Part shown: positions 12,446 to 24,400 of the stretch, piece by piece
How the letters are laid out: every line of letters begins with the position of its first letter
How positions within the stretch are numbered: position 1 is the stretch's first letter
Source: Diplonema japonicum
Lineage: Eukaryota > Protista > Euglenozoa: Diplonemea
DNA length: 64,000 nucleotides
Assembly (NCBI GenBank): GCA_964019335.1
Contig: OZ025697.1
Location: 472,374-536,373 of the forward strand
Reading direction: 5' to 3'
Translations under genes and position numbers: made by a program
Notes under the pieces: model-generated
What the model was told of the DNA's origin: nothing
What the model saw: the letters and a program-made list of their open reading frames with translations, nothing else
The model's database searches: none

Positions 12446-15400
12446 CTAGTCTTCCAGCTCCAGTGCTTCTGATAGCTCTGCCACCAGCAGCTGAGACTCT
12501 TTCAGTTCATGTTCTAGCCTAATCTTTTCCGCAGCTGCAGTCTCTAATGCTTCTGCTGCTTCGTTTTCGAGTCTTCCGTGCTCCTGTTGAGCTTTTGTTC
12601 GCTCTGCTGACACTTTTGCCAGTTCTTTCTGCAACTCTGCCATCGCGTTCCCCGGTGCCGTCGATATGGCAACCATCTCCAGCTCTGTGCGAAGGGATGC
12701 GATTGTCTGCCTGCTTGTCTCTTCGGTCGTCTGCAGCTCTTTCCTTGATTCTTCTGTTTCCATCTGAAGTGCCGTTGCTTCTTCTAATTTCTTGCCCACT
12801 TCTTCGAGTTTTGAAACGTTTGACTTCAGCTCATATTTGTTCTGCTTCAGCTCTTCTTCTAATTCTTGTATTTTTGTCTTTGCAGTCGCTATTTTTGTGT
12901 TCAGCTCACTGCACAGCTCTTTGTGCTTCTCGACTTCGCTCCTGAGGCCTGTTTCTATCCCTTCCCTCATGCTATCCGCTGTATCATTCTCTGCAAGTGC
13001 GGACTCCAGCTCTTCTATCTCGCTGTTTTGTTGACTAATGCGTAGCTCCAGGTTCTGCACTTCGTTCTCATGCATCACCCGCTCAGCTTGGATCTCTTGT
13101 TCCACAAGGCCCATCTCGTAGCGCAGTCTTTCCTTGTCCTGTTCTATCCTAGTCACCGCGCCTTCTAGAGCGCTGCAGGCCTTGCTTGCTTCTTCGAGCT
13201 GTGAACACAACCGTGCCTCCTCTACTGACCACGATTCGTTTCTGTTTGCGAAGGCATCGCCCGCGCCCCGCCAGTTCTCCAACGACCGCTCATTCATGAC
13301 TGCCAGCATTCTTGCCATGTGTGCTTCTGTAGCAACTTCCATCTCGAGTCTCTCGATGGTCTCGTCGTCCTCTACCTTCATCTTCGCTGCGCTGTCCAAG
13401 GCGTCAGCATGCAGCAAGATCGCAGCGTCTTTGTCGGCAATGATGGCCTCAACACCCTCCATTGCGTCCCTCTGCATGAGGGACACTTCCTTCTCCAGAT
13501 CGTCCACTCTGCGGTTTGCAACTTCCAGTTCCACATCAGTCTCCGCCAGCTGCTCTGCCATCGCACCTAGCTCTGCAGCCAGCTCCTCACGTACGGTCTC
13601 GCTCTCCGTGAGCTTCTTCTTCCATCTGTTATTGAGCTTTGTCATCTCTTCCTGCATTTGTTTCCCAAGCGTGGCCCTCAGTTTCTGTACGGATTCTTCG
13701 TCAGAAAGGAAACCCTCGGCATCAGGCCATTGCATGCTCGCGTCCTGCTTAGGCGGCCCTGCGAAGGATTCTTCGAGTCTCTTGCAGCGATCGTAGCTTG
13801 CTCCAAGTGCCAAGTCGCTATCGTTGGCATGTGCCTTAGTTGCCGCATCATGGAGCTCCTCCGCTAGCTGTGTGAGACTAGGTGCTGCGTCCGGGTGTCG
13901 TGTTGCTGCTGCTTTGGCCTCTTCCGAAAGGCGTGTGAGTTCTGCGCTGTCGACGGTCCCTCCTGCGGTCACTCTGGTAGAAAGCGCGAGTGTTCTTGAA
14001 GCAAGGTCTGCAACAGCACCAGCAGCACCGCGCACTGGAAGCCCTGCGGCCATGGCCGCAGTGTCGCGCAGCCTTCCCAACACAGGGACATCAACGTTGA
14101 GGGTCTCTGCGATCTCTTGCAGACTGTTTGCCACGTCACGCAACTCCTGAGTAGCATGAGGGTCCTCCAATCTGTTCGAGCCTTCGAAAGCCTCCTCAGA
14201 TAAGGTCACCAGGTCCTTGCGGGAAGGTTGGATACCATATGCAGCACAAGATTCCAGTCCCCACAACGACCTCGCCACACGGCGGGCGCTGCATGAAGCA
14301 CTTGCTGCACCTTCACACAGCTCCCTTGCACCTTGGAGAGAGGCAAGAATGGCATCGGGGACTTGCTTCTCCATTGCATCGTAAATAAGAGACTCCACCG
14401 TCTGCATAGCTTTAGCGACAATACTGGTGCCCGATTGTCCCTTGAGGGCATCTCTAGTTGCTGATCGCATTTCCTCAGCGTTGTCCTGCAGCGTGGCACC
14501 ATTTGCTAATGACTTTTCAAGGTCGCGTAACTTAGCCGCTAGAGCAGAAGCAGCAGCTTCACCAGCTGAAGGACCTACTTCGGTGATCTCTTTCTCTGCT
14601 GCCACCACGTCAACAGGGGAAGGGAAACTGTGCAGAGTTTCAGATGCCTCAGCAGGTAGGTGTCCCTTCTTCTGCAGTGCATCCAGCATGCCCCTCAGTC
14701 GCTCGGCGATAAGTCGTGAGGCAGCCTCGTCGCCACCTATCTTCCCGCCAATTTTCGAAAGCTGAGAGTTTAGAACAAGAATGTCAGCGGACGACGGTGT
14801 GCGTTGACTGCTGTCTGCAACCGAAGCTTTGCACCTGGCTGCTACACCCCTCAGTGCATCTGCTGTTTCTCCTAAGGTTCTTGAAACGCCGGTCAGCGAC
14901 GTCCTGTCGCACGCACCACTCGCTGCTCCTGCGGCATCTCCTGCTAGATTCAGTGCTATCACTGCTTCTTGCAAGGCAGGTGGGTCAGCAGCACCTCCAC
15001 CTACACCACCGCAACTATCTAGCAACTTTGCTGCATGTGTTATTTTTTCGAGGCACCTCTCGACATTCTCTTGAGCGTCAGCAACATCTGTCAGAAGGAT
15101 CGCCACTTCATCAAGGCTCTTAGTGTGGCTACTGTTCTCCATCAACAGAGCAGCGGCGTCACCCAGCGCCATGGCTATAATCGATCTCGCGGGGACGGCC
15201 TGGGCTGCCCCCTGCAGCTCGGCGACAAGCGTGTCGACACTCATAGCAGTGCAGGAACTGTCGATGGTGTTTGATTGGATTTTATTTGATAAGTCTTTGC
15301 AGAAGGTTACGCTCCTCCTTGCCACGACTATAGCAGATCGGAGACCACACCCTGTGGCGGCCTCTGCTTGCTGTGCACCCCGCCACATGTCACCAGCACT

Positions 15401-18400
15401 TGGCATCCCTGAAGAAAGCTTATCAACAGCCCCACGTATACTGGAAGAGGCTGCCTGCAAGGTGTCAGAAGAGTGGCGCATGTTGTCCAAAACAGCGCTC
15501 ACAGTGCCTGCTGCATAAGACGCTGCTGCTTGGACTTCGGAGCCCGTCTCTCCTAGTTGAAGCCTTCGAGCCGTCTCGCCGGTCTGTACAGCAATCAGCC
15601 TGATCTCTTCATAAACATCTGCAGCCTCGGACAAGAGGGCACCCGCAACTAACGGGGAATCAACCACTGTTTGACTGAACTCTGAAAGCAGCTCTGTTAA
15701 CTCCGGATGGCGCTGTATACACTGCTGCGATATTTCCGAGAGAAGAAGAAGCTCTGTCCCCGTGCTTTTTGATGCCATCTTAGCTAAGTGTCGTACACAG
15801 GACTCGGCGGCACTGCTACCCAAAGCAGCTGCTTCCAATGCACGTCCTCTCAGCCTTGAAATCTCTACCTTAGTCACTTTTTCTCCAGACGACAACCTGT
15901 GGTGCAGCTCGGCGAGGTCCGCGAGGAGGCCCGCGAGCTTGGGGTGCATCGGAACTCCATGCGCAGATGTTGCGGCGGTGTTTTCGGCAGCAGCTTGCAA
16001 AACAAGAGCAGCACCAACTGAATCGCCTGCCTGCAGCCTTCTTGTGGCCTCATCGACCAGCGCTGCTGCTGAGGCTGCACCATCAACGCGTAATTTCTCA
16101 GAAACCTCCCGCACCGAGTCGACTCTGATGTTGGATCCCCTTCGTATTCTATCGGCCAGTGTGGCCATGCTGGAGCACACAGCACCAAGCCCGTTGCCGC
16201 GAATGTCGGCGCTCTGCTTGACGTCTATCATGTTGGTGACTGCGGGGCTAAGGCTGACGCCACTGCCCTGCAATGCAGTGAGGGTTTCACATTGGCTGAC
16301 AGGATCGCCACCATGTGTCAGAACTTGTTGCACAGCTTCCTGCAGATGCGCTGGGAGCGCGTGGTTCTCCTTTATCTCCAACAAGGTCTTCTTCGCCAAG
16401 GCACTTATGCCTTCATCAACAGCGCCCTGCAGTGTTTGGCGCACATCAGATGCCGTGGAGGGGTTGTCCGCTGCTTCTTGCATAGCGTTCCGATCGACTT
16501 CAAGTCTCTCCTCGAATTCCTGCTTCATCGTAGCTATGTTCCGCTGCAATGTTTGCATTTCATCTGCTTTATCCTTCACATTCTTTTCCGACTGATGTAA
16601 TTCTTCTCTGAGCTTCTGCAGCTGCGCATTGCTAGTTGTGCCTTGTTGTTCTACTTCCTGCAATTGACCTTCGAGCAGACTGCAGGCGTCCTCCAAACTC
16701 ACGATTTTGCCCTCACGCTCGTCACCGTATTCTTCTGCCTTCTGGAGTTGCTGCTCGATGACCCCAAGGTGGTTCTTTGCGACAGATAACTCGCTTTGCA
16801 GTTGCTGCATATCGCTCTGTGTCGTCTCTTGTTTGGAAAGTCTTTCTTGCAGTTCTGCTTGCAGTGTGCTAAGGGCTGTCTCTAAACCTGCAATGGTACG
16901 CTCAGCATCACGCAGGGCGGGTACATCGCTAACTTCGCAGCCCTGTAAAAGCTGAAGAAGATCGTCACTGTCAGATAACGCATTGGTGGCCGCCTTAGTT
17001 TTCAGGACACAGCACATTTCAGCACCCGTCAGTTTCAAGGTCGCATCATCAACGTCAACCTTGTCAGTGCATACAAGTGCTGCCAGGGCCGTGTCGTACA
17101 GGGCATAGCGGGCCTCCGATGGGATGTCGACTGCCTTAGCACCTTGTGCTGCTACTTGCGCTAAAGATACATAAGAGTCTTTCAAGTCTTGCAGGGCACT
17201 AGCTACATATGGTATGTTACTCTCCTTCAACGCCTCTTCTGCGGCTCGCATGACCGTCTCTACACTGCCCTGCCCATCGACTGTGCTCAGCACCAACCTT
17301 AACGCGTCCTTTGCCCCGTCGTTGCCCTCTGCTTGCAGCACTGCAGCACACGCATCTGAGAACCTTGTTGTAAGCTGTGACACCTTCTCACTTCCTTGTT
17401 GCAGCTCTTCCCGGAGTCTATCTGTCATTTCTGGATGTGCCGTGATATGGTTCAAGCTCTCAAGCAGCGACACCTTCCCTGAACACAAGGACTTCAAGTG
17501 TTCCCTACAGCTGCTAAGGAGCCCCCGTAGCTTCGGACTCTCGGTAGCTTGGGTACTTACATCATCCAACAACGAGGCTATAGCAATGAAGTTAAATGGT
17601 TCTGTTGCTGCATCTATCCTTGAGGACAGGTCCTCCAGAACGGCATGGGAGCTGAGCGACGCAACCTTCGCTACAGCCGCTAACGTCTTTCCAGTCACGC
17701 TGCCTCCCGTCGCAGCGTCTTCTAAAGTGGCCACAGCATCCAACAAATCTACACCACCAGAGAGCATCAGTTGCTTTGCTTGCTCTGTAAGGGTATTCAA
17801 CTCAGCAGTCTGCATGTCTGCTAACGGTTTCGCGGTTTTCAGGCCTGCAGCTTCAGCAGCAGCATCACGCAGGGACTCAAGGTTTACAGGTAGACCACGG
17901 CCCTTGCGGCCAGCTGCATCGCCAAGTCGTTCTGCCAACTCTACTCCATACTTACCCGAACTTCCAGGGGCGTAACCAACAGCAGCCAAGGCACACCCCG
18001 CCAACAGGCTGAGCTGGTCGGCACTTATATCACCAATAGCCGCGGCGACGGATAGGCTGTTGGCAAGGTCTCGCAGTTTCGAGGTACAGGTGACTACACC
18101 GTCAGCCACTACCTTAGCGTCGGGGTGGTTGACATCAAGCATGCTGACCACTTCGTGCATGGCATCCCCCACAACACCGGGACAGCTCGTGAGAGTCTTT
18201 GCCGTGTCCCTCGCTACTGCTCCGGCCTCTGCAGAACGAAGTGGGTCTGTTTCACGTTCCAGATTCCATAGCCCTTCACTTAGAGCTGCAACACCCGCCT
18301 CGCCCTCCGAAGGAGGGGCGCCACTTATAAGCAACATGTCATCCAGCAGCTTCTCTAGCTGGGGTGCCTTCGATTCCTCGGGCATGTCATCAAGCTCGGA

Positions 18401-21400
18401 AAGGCGGGCTACCGCTACGCACGCGCTGTACTCTACTTTACTGCGGTTGCCACCCAAGTTGGAAAGCTGCTTTGCAATGCCATCGACTGTTGCCGCAAGA
18501 ATCATGGCAGGTGTTTCTGACGAAGCAGAAGCCACTTCGTTGAGATCTTCGTACAGATCCTCGGAGTAAGTCTTCAAGCATTCGCACAACATGGCTGTTT
18601 GGGCGATAGACGCAATGCCCTCTTCTGTTCGTCCACCGAGAAACATCCCCACGGTCTCAGTTAAGAGCTCAGCGCCCTTTGCCACCGCGTTCTGTGCGTC
18701 AACACTATTCCTGAGCCGCGAGGCTATCTTGACACACTGGGAGGGTGCCTCTTCTGATGAGAGCTTCAACTGTGACAGATCGCCAATAACACGTGCCATG
18801 CTTTTCGATATGATGCAGTCACTAGAAGAACTTTCTTGGATCACCTGCGCTTCACGCCTCAGGAAGGTGAGCTGCTCGGAAATGACAACTCTGTCGGCGT
18901 ACTCAGAGGACATGGCTTTTGAGAGCTCTGTGAGCGCTTTGCTGATTGCGATGGCTGTGCTGAGCTTTTTCTTTGTTGCACAGTGTGAATGCTGGCCAAG
19001 GACATCAATTGCATTTTGTACAAGACTAGCTGCCTCCTGCGGGTTTGTTTCGGCTGCCTCAGCAGCGCTGTTGAGAGCAGACACGGCTGCAGGCATGTCA
19101 TTCACATCAACGCCACACACAGCTAACTTGGAGCAAGCAGCTTCCACGGAATGCACGGCAGTGTTGATGCCCTCGGCACACCCTCGCGATGCGCTCCACA
19201 GAGCGTTTAAGCAATTCGCGAGCGCCTGCCTGCTAAGAGAGAAAGCATCTGTCAGATCTTCGCATGATGAGACTGCGTCTTCCATATTGCTATCCTCAAG
19301 AAGCCCCGCTGCTGTCATGAACTCCTCTGTGGCATGCCTCTTCGAGGCCGCTTTCATTGCAAATACCCCACCTGCGTTAAGCGGCACCTGTCGCATCGCT
19401 AGGCAGATACTCTCAACAGGGGCAGGGCCGATGCTTCCGATAAGGCATGCCTTTTCCTGAATGTCAGCTATGCACCCTTCAGGTACCGGGATACCCTTAG
19501 AGTACTTCTTCTTCAACTCTTGTATTGCCGCACAAAGCGAGGTGTACGTGGGCTGCACAGTGGGTACGAACAAATCTTCTGCCGAGAATGACTGCACGGA
19601 AGCTGCCTGTTCGAGAACGTTGGCGAGGCCTTGCAGATCTTCTGATAAAATGCACTTCTCAGCTTCATCAGCTAAACCCATCATTTTCAGGCTTGACGAG
19701 CGCAACCTGCCTGCAGCTTCACGCGCCTCCTCAACCAGCTCCTCACCGTTGCGTAGCCGTTCAACTAAACTGGCTACAGCAGCCGGGTTGCTGAAGTCAA
19801 GCTCTGACAGCGGATCAACACGAGAGGGGCTCAAGCCCGGGTCTAAAGAACGATGCACATGTTCCCTTACAGCAGCAAGCAAGCCCTGGAGTTCAGGTCT
19901 ATGGTTAAGTATTTCAGACAACAGCTCCAAGATTGCATCATTGTCGTCAGTGCCAATGAGTACGGACAATTTCTCAAGGTCGCTTTCGTCATTCCCATCG
20001 TCTTCATCGTTCACAACTTTAGCCAACGCCAGGAGTTCTTCAGTGCTAACTATATCGCCGCGTTCTGCCCTCTCCACATACTCATCCAGCTTTGCAGCAA
20101 CATTTTTGAGGTTTTTGTTCTTTGCAGCAGCCGCCCTGGCCTGCAATGCAGCTTTCTTGATGGCGCTGATGTCAAGAGTGTCGTCCTGCTTGCACGAGGC
20201 TAGATTCTTCAACGTGTTGGCCAATCGTGTCGTGCTGTCACTAGGTGTGCTGAACCCGGCAGCTTGCACTATTTCATCCTTCAACCTAGTGATGGTTGCT
20301 GCGGTCAGCTCTTCGTTCTCAGAAGCCTGTGTCAGCATATCTGCTAGTTCCTTGTTGCTAGGCGACGCACGTTGCAAGTCCTCAGCTAGCAGCACAAGCT
20401 CGTCACCGCTTATTTCTTGGAGTTGGGCCTTGTTCTCTAAGGACTCAAGCTGGGCAATAACAGCATGAAGTTGCGCACCTTCCCGCAAAAGGCCACCATC
20501 AGAGTGCACAGTCATGCTTTCGGGAACTACGTCACCAGAGGCCTGCAGGAGCTCTTCTTGAACCATCATATCTGCCATGCTATGTGGTGCCCTGTTTTCA
20601 TCTCCTTGCATAGGTTCCTGACCGTTCATAGCGAAAGTGTCAATAGCTGTGAACAGTTGCTCACACCCTGGGCTGAGGTTTTTCATGTGTTCGAGTTTTT
20701 TAAAAACCTCCTCCCTCTCCCTATCGCAATGTGCACTCGCCAGTAGCTGCAATGTCTCCGAGAGGGCAAGAAGGCCGGGTGCCTCCTCCGGGGGCGGTCC
20801 TTGTACGGCCGTACTGACGTCGTTCAGCACAGCTTCGAGGGCCATATCTGGTTCTCTTGATGCGTGTACAAGCTTTTCGCTTAAATCTAGGAGTTGCTGC
20901 TTTGCTTCACCTTGCAGGGGGGCGGCTGTCAATGCAAGCTCACCACTCATGATGATTAACTGGCTGGGTGTCACGCCACCAGCAGGGGGGTGTTGCAGTG
21001 TGTTGTAGACTGATTTCAGGGACTGGTTTGCTGTCAGTGTGTTAGCGCACAACTCTAACGCTTGTTGTGTGGGGGCTCCCTGGGCAAGTTCGGTGGCAAT
21101 AAGGTCCATGCTCTTGCCGAACACGCCACCTTGTGTCTCTGCCAGGTGTTTTGCCGTAGCGATAAGCTTATCAGCATTGCTGCCGTCTGTTGACAGGGCG
21201 TGTTCCAGTTTCATCTTCAATGACTCCGCCACTGACTCCTCCAAGGTAGGCAACTCGGCACTCTCTGTCGCTTGCACTATCGTCGATGAAATAACGTTGG
21301 CAAGCTCCATGTTGGTGCTATCCCCCTGAAGCCCTCTGAGAACTTCGTTGAGCCGCTCCGCGATGAACCTGGCTGTCGTCTCATCCGCCCCCGGTTCACC

Positions 21401-24400
21401 AGCCATGGTCAGCAGTGTTTTGTGGATTCTGAATGCTTCAGCTGCTGACGTGTTACCGCACGGCTCCCTATGCAGGGCATTGATCTGTTTCACAAGATCA
21501 CGCAAGCGTGCTGCTGTTAAGTCACATGTCACAGCGCTTTCAGCTGTCTGAGTAGCCTGACCAGCCTCCGACAGTGCTTGATGCGCTTGATCCACGTCTT
21601 CAGATGCGAGGTGGTCCGAAGCTTCTCTCATAGCCTTAAATGCCTTGCAAACGTTGCTGTGTCCTTCAGCTGCCCCCCATGCTGCTGCACCTGCTTTTCC
21701 TGCTGCTTCGCAAGCGTCACGGCATACTTTCCCCAAAGACAAATGCTCAGCTGCTTCAACCAACTTCTGAGTACACTGCTCTAACCCTTCTGTGACGATG
21801 GCTGATGGTTGCGACGCGCCTGCTGCATACGCCGCTTCCTGCGAGAGGATAAGTGCGTCATGAGCAAGCTGTTGAGTAGCTTCTGCTGTGATCGTGGCTG
21901 TCGCTTTCCCTCTCAGCTCAGCACATGCCGCAGCAAACTTTCGCGCCAGTTGCACAGCAGAAGCTACGCCTGTAATAGCAGCTTTGGTCACTGCAGCAGA
22001 TGCGTGCCTTGCTGTCTCAACAGCCTTGGCGGTCTCACCGTTCCGCATGTGTGCGGCTGTTGTCTGCAGTCCTGAGTGCGCTGTTGCGACGAGGGTGCCT
22101 GCTGGCGAGCCCCCGAGCAGAGTAACTGCATCGCTCGTGGCCTCTGCAGCCCTCTCAATGTCCCCAAAAACGTGTGGGCGGGTTTTGACGTTGAGCGTCT
22201 TGATCATTGCATCAATCTCGACAGCAGCAAGCCTCGTCTTGTGCAACGCAGCACGAGCCTTCTCTGCCTCCTCAGATGCTTGCACAGGCTCATCTTCCTG
22301 CAAACACGCAACGATACCGCGCAAAAAGTTTCCAATACCAGGGTGGCGGCGGGCAGCTCCTGCAGCACTACCAGAAACAAGTACCGCATCTTGTTTAGTG
22401 CACGTGGTTCTTAGCCTGCTGGCGGTGCACTCCGCGGCTCCAGGTCCAAGACCTGACAACGTACAGGCTTGGTCACGCAGGTCCGCTACCGCGGCCTGGC
22501 TGATGAGATCACCACGCGTGAGGGCTTTTTGTAACTCGGACAAACCGTTCAGCAAGGCTGATAGCCTGCTTGGTTTTGTGGGTGCGCTGTAGATAGTCAT
22601 GTCAGCAGCAGCAGCTGCTGCTGCGGCATGCAAAGCTGCGGCAGCCCCAACCGTGTCACCTAGCACGAGCCTCCTTCTCGATTCATCCGTTAGTGACGCT
22701 GCCTCGGGTGCACTGCACGCCAGGAACATACTATGCACCTCACGTACCTTGTCTTCTGCATGGTCGTCGCGCCTAATCGCGGCAGCAACCTCGGTAGCTT
22801 TAACAGTGGCTGCTGCAAGGTCTGGGGATATCTCTTTCGTGAGCGTCTGCGACCTTCCAAGGGGACGATTCGTCTCATGTGGCACTAGAGATATGGTACT
22901 GTCGCACATCGTGGCTGCGTCCTTCCTCTGAACGATGACTTCGCTCCTCAACACTGCCAACTGCCCGTCGAAGTTGTTGCTTGTTATGTCGACCCTTTCA
23001 ATTAAAGACTGCAACGTGGTCAGCTGAGACCTTGCTGAAGGTGTCAGAAGGGTCAGCGCTGTGTCGGCAACGAGTACCGAGTTCATCGCAGACTTAAACG
23101 CTAACACACGCGTTATGTTGTCGCAATACTCATCAGGCTCAAGCAAGGATCGTACCGCCACAGTCACACCAAGGCTTGGATCCGCCTGCGCTGCACTGAA
23201 GGCGCTGTAATCAACCTCAGCCAGGCCCACAGCAAGCGATGCAGCTGCAGCAGGGTGCAGCTCGTGTTTGCGCGCTTCTCTAATGGAAGAGACAAGTTTG
23301 TTACAGTTGTTGTTTAGCTCCTCTACTCTGCTTTCCAGCATGCTGATGTACCGAAGGTGCTTGGCCGCGCTTGCCTCTGACAATGCTAGCTCCCCAACAA
23401 GCTCGCTTACCCTCACAGCGGCTGTATTCATTTCCATAGTGCCATCGAATGCATCTGCACCTGTCTCTCTGCCTCCGCTGACTAGGACGGTGCTTCCCAC
23501 TTCCCTATTCCCTGTTGAACTGCAGATGCTTTCAAGTCGGTCACCCACAGCACGCATGATGCCTTTGAACTTAGGGTACGCAGCGCCCATCTCACGAACA
23601 CTGGCAGCGAGGTCTTTCGCCTTGAAGATGTCATTGCTGTCAACAACCTGTCCCACCTGGTTGGACAGCGCTTCGAGCGTGTTCAGCCACACTGACGACA
23701 TGGCCATGCGTTTCTCGTAAAAGTCAGGTTCGATCTCCATGTCCACCCCGTCGGCTCTGCTGTCGTCCGACACATGTTCCTCTGGATCATCGAATGTCAC
23801 GGTGTGACGCTCGACAGTTGCCAGGGCATCCAGATTATCAAGCAGCATATCTCCAGGCACTTCGGGGTCTGCTGCAGGGCTATAGACGCCTGCTTCCTGT
23901 TGCACTGCTTCGAAGGTGAGGTTGTCTAGCTTCCTGAGAAGACGTGCCTTCAGGTTGTTCAGCATCAGCTTCTCGCTTGTTGCTTTTTGTAGCTGCTCGC
24001 GAAGCAACTGTTTTTCGTTCTCTAATTGTGCCGAGTATCTGCCACGTGGTCTGCTCTCCAGTGCCGCCAGCCTGTCCATCAGACGCTTCATTACATTCTG
24101 CGCTTCCTGAAGCTCGGCATCTGCAGTGGTGGCCTCCTGGCCTGCTTTGGTGGTGATGGCGTTGTACTTGTTGACAACCTGCTGTTGCACGCGCCGTGCG
24201 GAAATCAAGGCCCTCCTACGATCTGCAACCTCCTGCAGCCATGAGTCGTATTGAGCAACCTCATCAAGCTCATCAGCTAGCAATACCTCAAGGGCGGCTT
24301 TCTGTGCGGGGTCAAGCCAGGGGTCGCTTAGAACCTTCCTAATCTCGTGCACTCTGTCATCACAAGGAGGGCTCGGTGTCGCGAAGGTCACATGGCTCAG

